DNA of 64,000 nucleotides from the NCBI GenBank assembly GCA_037379345.1, contig CM074523.1, positions 30,953,678-31,017,677 on the forward strand, read 5' to 3'. This DNA is from Perna viridis. Its lineage: Eukaryota. Shown piece after piece: positions 1 through 12,400 of this stretch (its first letter is position 1; every line of letters starts with the position of its first letter). Below the pieces are notes generated by a model. That model saw only the letters and a program-made list of their open reading frames with translations, had not been told where the DNA came from and made no database searches. The position numbers and the translations under genes are program-made.

Positions 1-1680
1 ACTTCAGGTTTGACAGATATTTCAACTTCAGTCTTTTCATGTGGTTGTTCTGATTCCGAAGTTGTGATTTCAACTGTTTCCTCAACAGTGACTGGAGTCT
101 CCTCAGCAGGAACCTCAGTTGGTTTTTGCTCCTCAACTTCAGGTTTGACAGATATTTCAACTTCAGTCTTTACAGATGGTTGTTCGGATACTTCTGTTGT
201 GATTTCAACTGTTTCCTCAACAGTGATTGGAGTCTCCTCAGTGGGAACTTCAGCTGGTTTTTGCTCCTCCACTTCAGGTTTGACAGATATTTCAACTTCA
301 GTCTTTATAGATGGTTTTTCAGATACTTCTGTTCTGATTTCAACTGTTTCTTCAACAGTGACTGGAGTCTTTTCAGTGGGAACTTCAGCTGGTTTTTGCT
401 CCTCAACATCAGGTTTGACTGATATTTTAACTTCAGTCTTTTCAGTTGGTTGTTCTGATAATTCAGTTGTGATTTCAAGAGTTTGCTCAACAGTGATTGG
501 AGTCTCCTCAGTGGGAACTTCAGCTGGTTTTTGCTCCTCAACTTTGGGTTTGATAGATATTTCAACTTCAGTCTTTTCATGTGGTTGTTCCGAAACCTCA
601 GTTGTGATTTCAACTGTCTCCTCAACAGTGACTGGAGTCTCCTCAGTGGGAACTTCAGCTGGTTTTTGCTCCTCAATATTAGCTCTGACAGCTATTTCCA
701 CTTCAGTCTTTTCAGTTGGTTGTTCAGATACTTCAGTTGTGATTTCAACTGTTTCCTCAACAGTGATTGGAGTCTCCTCAGTGGGAACTTCAGCTGGTTT
801 TTGCTCCTCAACTTTAGGTTTGACAGATATTTCAACTTCAGTCTTTTCATGTGGTTGTTCAGATTCCTCAGTTGTGATTTCAACTGTTTCCTCAACAGTG
901 ATTGGAGTCTCCTCAGTGGGAACTTCAGCTGGTTTTTGCTCCTCAATATCAGCTCTGACTGATATTTCAACTTCAGTCTTTTCAGTTGGTTGTTCAGATA
1001 CTTCAGCTGTGATTTCAACTGTTTCCTCAACAGTGATTGGAGTCTCCTCAGTGGGAACTTCAGCTGGTTTTTGCTCCTCAACTTCAGGTTTGACAGATAT
1101 TTCAACTTCAGTCTTTTCATGTGGTTGTTCTGATTCCGAAGTTGTGATTTCAACTGTTTCCTCAACAGTGACTGGAGTCTCCTCAGCAGGAACCTCAGTT
1201 GGTTTTTGCTCCTCAACTTCAGGTTTGACAGATATTTCAACTTCAGTCTTTACAGATGGTTGTTCGGATACTTCTGTTGTGATTTCAACTGTTTCCTCAA
1301 CAGTGATTGGAGTCTCCTCAGTGGGAACTTCAGCTGGTTTTTGCTCCTCCACTTCAGGTTTGACAGATATTTCAACTTCAGTCTTTACAGATGGTTTTTC
1401 AGATACTTCTGTTCTGATTTCAACTGTTTCTTCAACAGTGACTGGAGTCTTTTCAGTGGGAACTTCAGCTGGTTTTTGCTCCTCAACATCAGGTTTGACT
1501 GATATTTTAACTTCAGTCTTTTCAGTTGGTTGTTCTGATAATTCAGTTGTGATTTCAAGAGTTTGCTCAACAGTGATTGGAGTCTCCTCAGTGGGAACTT
1601 CAGCTGGTTTTTGCTCCTCAACTTCAGGTTTGACAGATATTTCAACTTCAGTCTTTTCACTTGGTTGTTCTGATTTGGCA
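1..1680 (-). repeat. Coding tandem repeat, 120-bp (40-aa) unit, ~14 copies, with 1080-bp higher-order period
   Basis: Unit KTEVEISVKPEVEEQKPAEVPTEETPITVEETVEITTEVSEQP; 1-540 nearly identical to 1081-1620. Confidence 0.95.
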
Positions 1681-4600
1681 ATAGAAAATTCAACTGTCTC
1701 TTCAAATGTTTCAGTTGTATCTAAACCTGGCACTTCAGCTGGTATATTGTCAGTTACTGATGAAACAACTGTTGTTTCCACGACAGTTTCCTGTTTTAGT
1801 TGAATAAATTCTTCTGGTTTTGTTTCTGGGACCTCCTCTTCTGAAACTCTTTCGTCTTCTACTTTTACAACAGATAACTTCCTATCTTCGCTGGATGGTG
1901 TTTCTGCTGGTTGTTGTACTGTTTCTTCTGCAATCTGTGTAGCAATGGAGTCATCAGTCATGACAGATTCCATTATTTCTTTAGTATATTCTTCAGCATA
2001 TTTTTCAATCACTGAAGTTGATATATCTTCAGTTGTTTCTTCCGGAGTCTCCTCTGATTGTTCTTCAGTTTTCACAGGTGTTTCTTCTTCAGAGATAACT
2101 AATTCAGTGACTTTTTTCACTTCCTCCTCTTGTGGTGCTTCTTCTACTATCTCTTGAATATATTTTTCTGTTTCTTCAATTTGAAGCTCATTTTCAACAA
2201 TTTGTACTATTTTCTTTTCTTCAGTCAATACAGATTCCAAGATCTCTTTTGTGATTTCCTCAGCATATTTATCAACAACAGTGACAGATATTTCCTCAGT
2301 TGATTGATCTTCAATTACAAGTTCTACCTCAGTGGTTGAAGGTTTTTGGTCTTCAACTGTTTCTCCAAATGGTTGATCTTTTATGACTTCTGGAAGATCA
2401 GTAATTATTTCAGTAACCTTTTCAGTCTCTTTTATTTCGACCTCAGAAGGCATTTCCTCCTCTGTTGCTACTTCGGCTGTAGATGTCACAGTTTCAATTT
2501 CCTCAGAAACTGTTTCAGTTGTTTCAACTTGAATTTCACCAACTCCGTCAGAAGGTGTGACAACTTCCTCTGGCATCAATTCAGATGGAAGTTCTTCTGT
2601 CTTCGTTAGTTTGGTTTCAAATGAAACAACATCTTCCTCTGAAGGTACAACTTCTATAGTTTCAGTGATATCTTCTGTGATTTCTGATACCTTTCCTTCT
2701 GTAATAGGTGCTGAAGTTGGCTGATCCTTTTCAACAGTGATTGTCTCTCTTAATTCTTCAACCACTTCCTGTTTAGGTTGAACAACTTCACGTTCCGGAA
2801 TATCTTCTTGTTCAGTTTCTGCTGTTTCAATTTCAGTCACTGTTGTAGGTTTAATATCAACAGAGACTGACTCCTGAACTTGTTCTGGTACTTCATCTGA
2901 TGAGGCTTCATCTTCTTTGGTTTCTGGAACTTGTTTAACTGATTCTGTTTCAGGTACTTGTTCCTCAACAACTTGGGTTGGTTTAATATCCTTAGAAATC
3001 TGTACAACCATACCAACTGTGGTGGTTTCTGTAGGTTTCTCTTCCACAGTTATCATCTCTTTGTATGTTTCTGCAAGGGTGTCATCCAGGACTGTCTCAA
3101 TCTGACTAAAATCTTCAGGAATAATTTCCTTTTGAGCCTCAATAGTTGGTCTTGTTTCTTCAACTGTTTCCTCAGCTGGAGCAGCAGATTCTGTCACAGT
3201 TTCAGTCTCCACTGGAAACTCGTATAGCTGCAGAGTTTCTTGCTCTGAAATAACAACCTCTTCAGATGGCATCGGAACCTCATGCTTTTCATCGACTTCC
3301 GGAGTCTCAGTGACCTCCGTAATCTGTACCTCAGTTTTTGGTTGACCTACAGTTATTTTGAACTCAATTTCCTCTTGTGTGGTAGTTGCAGGCTTGATCT
3401 CAATTGTTTCAGTAAATTTCTCAGTTATCTCTTCAGAAATTTGTGTATCCTGCTGAGTTGTAATTTCAACATTTTCCTTGAACTTTTCATCAGAAACAAC
3501 TTCTACAATGTCTTTGAATGTAGCTGTAGTGACTTCAGTTGGCACTTTTATATCTATTTCAACCTCCTCAGTTGGTTTCTTGTCAATTTCGACTGACTTT
3601 TTAAATATTTCTTTTTCATCAGAGGGCTGTGGAACAACCTCAATTTCCTCCTTAAAGGTTGGTACTTCTTCAGTTTGTTCAAACTTTTCAACCTCAATCT
3701 GATGTCTGAACAAGACTTCTGTTTCTTCGTGATGACCTGAAAATTCTTCACTTAGTTGAGCAGTTTCCTCAACAGGCATTTCTTTGCTAACCTGAATAGT
3801 GTCCCTGAAGGTAACTTCCTCCTCCTGTGTAGGAGCAACAATCTCACTCTCCGCCTCCTCTGACTGTTTGGGAGTCAGTTCAATACTTTCAGTGTATTTA
3901 GTATCTTCAGAAGTTTCAATTGTCTTATCTATTGATGTTGTGATTTCAATACTATCTGTGTAGTGCTCATCTTTAGGTCTAGTGAATTGTATCTCCACAG
4001 CAGATGGCTGGTCAATGCCTATTGTCTCAACGAATGTCTCATCAGAAACTGTTTCCGGGACTTTAGAGACTTCAATAGTCTCTCTATAAGTTTCAGTAGG
4101 TTTACCACTTGGAGTATCAAAGTCATACTCCACGTCATCCGGTTGCTCTTGTGTGGCAGGTTTTTTAAATGTCTTAGTTTCATCAATTTCTGGTAAATGT
4201 TCCTCGACCTTTTGCCCTTCAGTTTGATCTTCTAACACCTGGAATTCGGTAACAACCTCTGTAGGTTGTTCATGTTGAACCTCTACAGTTTCTGTTATTT
4301 TAGCTTCCTCGATGATTTCCTCTTCAGTTTTCTCAGGTGCTTCAAATTCAATTTCTACTATCTCTGGTTTCTTAAGTTTAGGTGCTATTTCAACAGTTTC
4401 CTTGAACTTAGTCTCTTCACTTAATTGTTCCGGTAACTCTTCTGCAATTTTGGTGACTAGAATTGTCTCACTAACAGTTTCGTCTGTAATAAGCTGAGGA
4501 GCTTGGATTTCAACTTCAACTTGTTCTGGTTGCTTTGGTGTAATTTCAAAAGTAGTTTCGTGGACCTCTGGTTTCTCCTCTGTCACTTCAACAGTTTCTG

Positions 4601-6421
4601 TGGTTGTTTCTTCTGGTTTTGGAGCTTCGAATTCGATTTCAACAAACTCTGGTTTTTGTTCTTCAGTACTTTCTGTTGGTTTAGGAGCTTCAATTTCAAT
4701 TTCAACAACATCTGGCTTTTGTTCCTTAGTTATTTCCACAGTTTCTTTAAAAGTCTCAATTGGTTTAGGAGCTTCAAATTCGATTTCAACAATTTCTGGT
4801 TTTTGCTCTTTTGTTATTTCAATTGTTTCTTTAAATTTTGTTTCCTCTGTTACTTCTTCAGGAACCTCCTCAAATTCCTTGGTAATCTTGATGGTTTCTC
4901 TGAATGTTTCCTCTGTAATTTGTTGAGGAGCTGCTACCTCAGTTTCAACAATTTCACGTTGCACTTGAGAGAATTCAGCTCTAGTTTCATGAACATCAGT
5001 TTGTTCTTCTATCACTTCTATGCTTTCTTTAAATGTCACTGAAGGTTTTTTAGCTGTCTCAAATTCAATTTCAACAACTTCTGGCTTTTGTTTTTTAGCT
5101 ATTTCAACTGTTTCCTTGAAAGTCTCTGTTTGTTTGGGAGCTTCAAATTCAATATCAACAATTTCTGTTTTTTGCTCTCTTGTTTCTTTAAACTTTGTTT
5201 TCTCTGTGACTTCTTCTGGAACTTCCTCATATTCCTTCATGATCTCAATGGTTTCTCTGAATGTTTCCTCTGTAACTTTTTGAGGAGCTTCCATTTCGAT
5301 TTCGAGAGTCTCTGGTTGTTGTTGAACTATTTCAGCTGTTGTTTCATGGACCTCTGGTTTTCCCTCTTGAGTAATCTCAATGGTTTCTTTGAAAGTTTCT
5401 GTCCGTTTTGGAGCTTCAAAGTCAATTTCAACCAATTCTGGTTTTTCCTCTTGAGTAATCTCAATGGTTTCTTTGAAAATTTCTGTTGGTTTTGGAGCTT
5501 CTAGGTCAATTTCAACCTCTTCTGGTTTTTCCTCTGGTGCAATTTCAATCGATTCTTTGAATTTTGTTTCTTCATTGATAACTTCAGGTACTTCCTCAGT
5601 GACTTTAGTAACTTCAATAGTTTCTCTAAATACCTCCTCAGTTACCTGCTGAGGGCCTTCTGTTTGAACCCCAATAACAACAGGCTGTTTAGGTGATACC
5701 TCAATAGTCTCAGAGTATTTGGTGTCCTCTTTTATTTCTTCAGGAATTTCTTCTTCCAGTACTTCAACAATTTCAGTTGTTTCCTCTGCTGTTTCAGTCA
5801 CCTTTGAAGTAACTTCTACAATTTTCTTATCAACTGGAACCTGAAACTCTATTTCAACGGTTTCTGATTTCTTTGGACTGATTTCAACTGATTCCTGATA
5901 AGTTGTCTCTTCTTTGATATCTTCTGGTATTTCTTCAGTAACTTCAACCGTTTCATGAGATTTGGTTATCTCCACAGTTTCTTTGAAAGTTTCTCCTGTC
6001 TTTGGAACTTCAAATGAAATCTCAACTACTTCCCGTTTTCCAGGAGTGACTTCGATAGACTTTGTGAATTTCATCTCTTCAGAGATCTCTGGTATTTCTT
6101 CGGTTTCTTTGGAAACAGTTATTGTTTCTCTAAACGTTTCTTCAGTAATTTCAACAGGAGCAGGGGATTCTACCTCTGCATCAATTGGTTTCTTAGGTGC
6201 AACTTCAAGTGAAGTTTTATGAGGTTTCTCTTCCTCTGATGAAACCTCTTCTACCTCCTTAAGGACATCAAGTGTTGCCCATTTGTCCTCATCTGCTAAT
6301 TCCTGTACATCAATGGGTTTAGGTTTTGATTCAGTTGGTGATACTAATTTAGCAGTTTCTATGATTTCTTCAACGTCTTCAAATTTTTCAGGAACACCTT
6401 CAGAAGAAGCTTCACTACATG
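1..6421 (-). CDS. Giant exon (at least 6421 nt, open at window edge), E/T/V/P/K-rich repeats
   Basis: ttttcag acceptor at 6422, phase 1; same frame at both ends; absent from the ORF track, consistent with no stop inside the window. Confidence 0.9.
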
Positions 6422-9400
6422 CTGAAAAAGTGAAGGATCAAAAGGTCACTCACCTTGAACTTTGAACTTACTTGTGACCTTGATATGTCCTTGTCAACTG
6501 TCCTTGTTGTAATTCCTTAAGATGAGACATATACAATTATTCAATGATCTGCACAATTTTTGGATTCTCAAGATCAATCAGGTGCTAACTGCTGGAACCC
6601 CCGTATACGATCCCTCTACACTGGTGAAAAATGTTTTTTTCGCATTAAATCTTGATTTTTCACAAAACCTGTCTCAAAATGCTTTTTTTCTTGCCTGGCC
6701 TATAATTTTATTCACCCCTTTCCAAAACCAGAAATCCTGGATCCACCCCTATCTACATAATTTTTGCAGTCAAAATTTCCATGTATTTCTTCTTTATAAT
6801 CAGAAGGTATTTTTAAATAAACTGTATAAAATTTCAGATATTCATTGATTGTTACATGAAACCTTCCATCATCAGAGTAATACTTGACAATTTGATGAAC
6901 ACTTTATATTTTAAGTAAATCCAAATTTAATAATAGGAGAAGTTTGAATAAAAATGACAAGAATACAGTACAAAATTCTTCATATTAATTTATAAATAAA
7001 GATCTAATTTTAACAAAAGTTTTCAAAAACAAAACATGACGTTGCATATCCCCACTTGTACAGGAAGTTGATATCGAATATCAGCCAAAATGACTTACAA
7101 TGTATGCTCCATCTGTCTAAACCCATACACACAACAGATCGGCAATACACCAAATAATTATGGTGAAATCTGGACAATGGATAGGCAGAGCGACTCCAAT
7201 ATAACAGTCACTCTTCATTTTAAGTTCAAACCTAAATTGTACAGAACATTGAATAGACTTTCAATCCGTTCTATCAATGCCAACTGAGAGAGTTCTCTAG
7301 GAACAATCAAGGAGGCAAGGAAAAGTCAGGATGCTACAAAGGTCAAAAGGTCAAGGACATGTATGGAGATCATATCAAGGTCAATGGTAAGGATGAATGC
7401 AGAAAAGTGATTCGATTTGTGTTGATGTTTTGTGTGAAAGTGTGCTTTTCATAGGAGTCTCACTCATTCAAACAAGACAAAGTGTGTTACATGCAAAACG
7501 TTACCTATGAAAGTTTTTGATGTTTCAAAATTTTAGCCATTGCCAAATATTTCATAAGCCTATCAGTATTTGTATTTAAAGTGGTGCCAGTCAAACTCAT
7601 ATGGCTTTAAGGAAGTAGACCTAGGGTACTCTTGAAATCAGTGATATGTTTGTATCATATTCAATATCACCAACACCAATCAAGCTTACTTGAAACAGAA
7701 TGAAATCAATTCAAGTTACTTTGATGCTTACATGAGATTGAAGTCAAATGCTGAATACAAACGTTCCAATGATTTTTTAAGAGTTGTGTCCCTTACCCGA
7801 GGTCTTCCTCCTTAAAATTATGCATGGAATATAGTTATTTTTATCATAAGATGAATTTTTTATTCATTCTTATATAGGATAATGAAGCATTATATACAGA
7901 GAAAAATATATTTTAACAAAAATCAGTTGAAAACCATGATAAATTAAAAATAGCAAATCCAAATTTGCTTTAGTGTAGCAAACTTTTGACTTTTTCTCAA
8001 CTTGTTTTACTGTTGTATCCAAATTGCTCATGCTTATATATACTGATCACGCTAATAAGATACTAATCTTTTGTAAAACAGGATTGTTTCTTTAAGGTAT
8101 TGGATTTGGACTGTTTGTGTCATGGATGTCAGATGCAAACTCTGGCCCTGTATTGAAAATTGCAGAACATTTTAAAGTTTAAATAGGCCAATCAAATTGT
8201 CTTGTGCTTCTCAAACCTTCCCTTTTCTCCAATGAGTGTGTCCTATTTACAAAAAATTAGCTTTAAAAGCCTTATTTTCTCTATTTAACCATGGTAATTG
8301 AAACACATGCTAATTTTCAAATCAGGACCATAGTACAAATTCTATTGAACTTACGTAGTACTGTGATATATCCTGTTGAGCGAACCTTTCCGACATCATT
8401 GGCCACCTCAATCCAATATTCTCCTTCATCCTCAGGGAATATCTCTCTGAAAGTGAGGACACTTTGTCGCTCCGTGGTGACAATGTCGATACCATCCGTG
8501 GGAGTAATCTCATCACCATCCAGGTACCAAGTCACCGTTAGTGGAGCACGACCAGTGTACTCCACAACTAATTTAACAAGCTTGTTCTCGGTTTCTGACA
8601 AATCCTCAAGGGGGATGGTGAATATTGGAGCTTCTAGCTCTAGAGTGGTTACAACTGTTTCTTCTGGTTGCTCCTCAATAGTTATCTCCTCTTTGGTGAC
8701 TTCCTGTGGTTTAACTTCAATAGTTATCTCTTCTTTGGTGACTTCCTGTGGTGTTACTTCAATAGTTATCTCCTCTTTTGTCACTTCCTGTGCAACTGTT
8801 TCCTTGGTAACTGGTTGTGGTGTTATTTCTACACATATCTCCTGGGTTGTTACCTCAGTTGGCTTAGTTTCTTCTGATTTTTCAGGCTGGAGTTCTGTGA
8901 TTTGAACTTCAGTGGCAGACACTTCAGAAACAGTGACTAATGATTCCTCCTTTGGAATATCAGTAGTTGGCTGTGTTTCCTCAGTTGAAACTTCTGTTGG
9001 TTTTGATTCGACCTGAACTATTGTTTCTACTTCAGAAATTTGAGATTGTTGTGTTTCAATTTCAACTGTAACTTTGGATTCAGCTGGTTTTTCATTTTCT
9101 GGCGTGGTGTCTTCAGTTGGAACATCAGAAGGCTGTGTTTCCTCTGGCTTAGAAATCTCAACTTCAATGATCTGGGGTTGCTCTGGTGTTTCTTCAGCAA
9201 TAGTCACTGTAGATTCAACTGGTATCTCAACTTCTGGTTTAGTCTCCTCAATTGGAACTTCAGAGGGCTGTGTTTCTTCTGGCTTAGAAATCTCAACTTC
9301 AGTGATCTGGGGTTGCTCAGGTGTTTCTTCAGCAATAGTCACTGTAGATTCAGCTGGTATCTCAACTTCTGGTTTAGTCTCCTCAATTGGAACTTCAGAG

Positions 9401-12400
9401 GGCTGTGTTTCTTCTGGCTTAGAAATCTCAACTTCAGTAATCTGGGGTTGCTCTGGTATTTCTTCAGCAATAGCCATGGTAGACTCAGTAGGTTTCTGAA
9501 CCTCAGGTTTAGTCTCCTCAATTTGAACTTCAGAAGGCTGTGTTTCCTCTGGCTTAGAAATCTCAACTTCAGTGATCTGTGGTTGTTCTTGTGTTTCTTC
9601 AACAGCAACTGTAGATTCGACTGGTTTCTCAACTTCTGATTTCATATCTTGTACTGGTACTTCTGAAGGTTTTGTCTCTTCTTTCACTGTGACTTCAACT
9701 ACTGAGACTTCTGGATGTTGTTGTGTCTCAATTTCTACAGTGACCTTAGACTCAGTTGGCTTCTGAACTTCTGGTTTTGATTGCTCAGTAGGAACTTCAG
9801 AAGGAATAGTTTCCTCAGGCTTGGTTTCATGGAACTCAGTAGCTTCTGATGTTACTTCCTGATGTACTTCAGTAATGAATTCATGGATGTCAGTGGAAAT
9901 TGTTTCGTCTCCTTTCTGCTCTGGAGAAACCTGAAAAAGGAGAAATACTTCTTTAATTAAGTACCATTTAAATCCTTTGTTTATGGAAAAATAAAGATAT
10001 ACAAAATAGATTGATTGATTGATTGATTGTGATTTTATGGCAGATATTTCATGTTTTTCAAGACGAGAGAATTAGTTTTATACAACAGATCTTGCTTTGT
10101 ATTTATTTAATAATATAACCTGAGTTTTATTGTGCACATAAGTACCAATACCCATAGGAAAGCTTGTTCCCAATCAGGAAAAAGAGTAATCAAGGAAACC
10201 AAGGTTATAGCGGTAATCAAAGAGTAATCAAAGGAACCAAGGTTATAGCGGTAATCAAAAGAATATAATCCAGGGATAAAGACCAGACATGGAAAACAGA
10301 AATACACAACAAAGAACATAAAGTAACTCAAATCATACATACAAAGTAACAAAAGTAAATAAGCAACTCGGACTCCACTAAAAAATGGGAGCGTGGACCA
10401 GGTGCACCGGTAGGGTAAGCGTCCTCTGCTTTTCTAGAAAAAATACTCTTATTTGGAGCCATCCAGCTGTCACACTAACTGAGTCCAAGATCACTCAAAC
10501 TTGAGGCAAGCATGAAATCACAAAGTGGTCTTTTAAAATTGAATTTCATTTTAACTGGTATCATAAAAATATTCTGAAGCAGTCAATTGCTCATGTAACA
10601 TTTTTATTGCCATATCAATGAAATATAAACAAAAGCCATTTGTCTTATAATTGTCGGGACTGAGAAAGAGTAATCAAGGGAACCAAGGTTATAGCAGTAA
10701 TCAAATCAATGTAATTCAGGGACAAAGACCAGATATGGAAAAAAGACATACACAACAAAGAACATAAAGTAACTAAAATCATACATACAAAATAACAAAA
10801 GCAAATGAGCAACTCAGATTCCACTAAAAACTGGGAGCATGGACCAGGTGTACCGGTAGGGTAAGCGTCCTCTGCTTTTCTAGAAACACCCACTAAGTTG
10901 CTCATAAAAACTCAAGTCCGGGGTAGGCGAAAGAGGAAAAGAAAAACTATGACATGTTGAACAAATCAGGTTTCTTGGGGCAGATGATGACCATAAAACT
11001 TTTGTAGTGATGACTTCAATCTTGTAGCAACATAACCCGGTTTCAGAAGCCTATTTGTTAGAATTCCAGCATGATACAAAAAAATCTGCGTAATTTCGAC
11101 AAGCTCTGGCATAACATATGAGTTGTGATATGAACACTCCATATGCAGTTGCTGAAGGGATGTAGCCACAGAAAAAAGTAAACTCACTAAAATCACATTC
11201 TTTAAAAATAATAAAGAGTAAAAAGAAATATGTCAAGTCTTCTCTCTACCTATTATTGGTTCACATGAGCCTGAGAATCCTACAGTTTTAAATGACCTTA
11301 GTGGTTCTTTTGTTATCTCCTTGGTATCAATGGAGAACTGTACAAAATTGAACTATCGTAAGCAATCTCATAAAGTAAATACCCCGTCTCAAATGAAGTT
11401 AAATACATAACTCCTTAAGTCAATAACCTCCTTTTGGAGTCCCCCAGCAGTAGCTATATTTATAAATGATGCCCAACCTTCCTACTGAATTTCATCAGAA
11501 TCTCTTGACTGGTTAAGAATTTTTTTTTTTTACAAAAAAATATGGATTGTCAGATGAAAGGTCAGACAACAGACAGACAAATGGTATGACTCCTGTATTC
11601 CCCCAAACTTTACTTGCAGGAGGTATAACAGATTCCTTTAATACACCACAAGCACCTTGCATGGATATCAAATTTTTTTTAACTCACTCATGGAAATCAT
11701 ATTACTAAACATACCTCTTCAGGTGAGAGTTCTGATGAAGGAATAGACTGTATTTCCTCTGGACTCTCCTGGAGTTCCATTTCAGCTGCTCTCTTCACCT
11801 CATCAATGTCAACTTCCATTCCAGTAGACATCTTCTTAATCTCTTCCATAAACTCTTTGGCAATGTTGGCACCCTCATCCGAGTCACTTGGTGGGCGGGG
11901 AGAGGGAGTGTCCATGGAAGACATGAAGGAGTCAGATGCTTCCTCTGTGTCAGGCACATACTCATAGGCTGCAAAAAGATTGAGTTACTGATTACAGTCA
12001 TTGTTACATGTCATTCAGAACAATACTGTTTGATTTATTGAACAGACTCTTTTGGTAACTAGTTCAAAATGCTTTGCCAGATTTTTAAGTACTTCTATGT
12101 ACATGAATCAGGCAAAATGTGTACAAGTAGTGGCACATGAAGAAAAAACACAGATATTTTATCCAAGTATTTATACCTCATGACTTTAAAAAATAACCAC
12201 TAAAGTGTTTGAGAATTTAAGCCATTTTAAGATATTGAAAGGTCAATTTTAGTTTAAATGCACTATTGAAAATTTTTTTCCACAATTTTTCCCTATATAT
12301 CTACATCACAGATGCTTCAGATAATTAAAATATATAAACTGTACAGAAATATACAGCATAAGGTACATTTTTTGTTTTTAGTACAAATAAGATAATACTG

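Noticed and set aside
10-1803. 597-aa Ser/Thr/Val-rich plus-strand ORF and similar plus-strand ORFs over the large exons
   Set aside because: Antisense shadows of the E/T/V-rich minus-strand repeats; no independent gene structure
10107-10905. Hydrophobic 70-90-aa ORFs, also at 61973-62304
   Set aside because: Pseudo-ORFs in the repeated retroelement tail, present in both orientations
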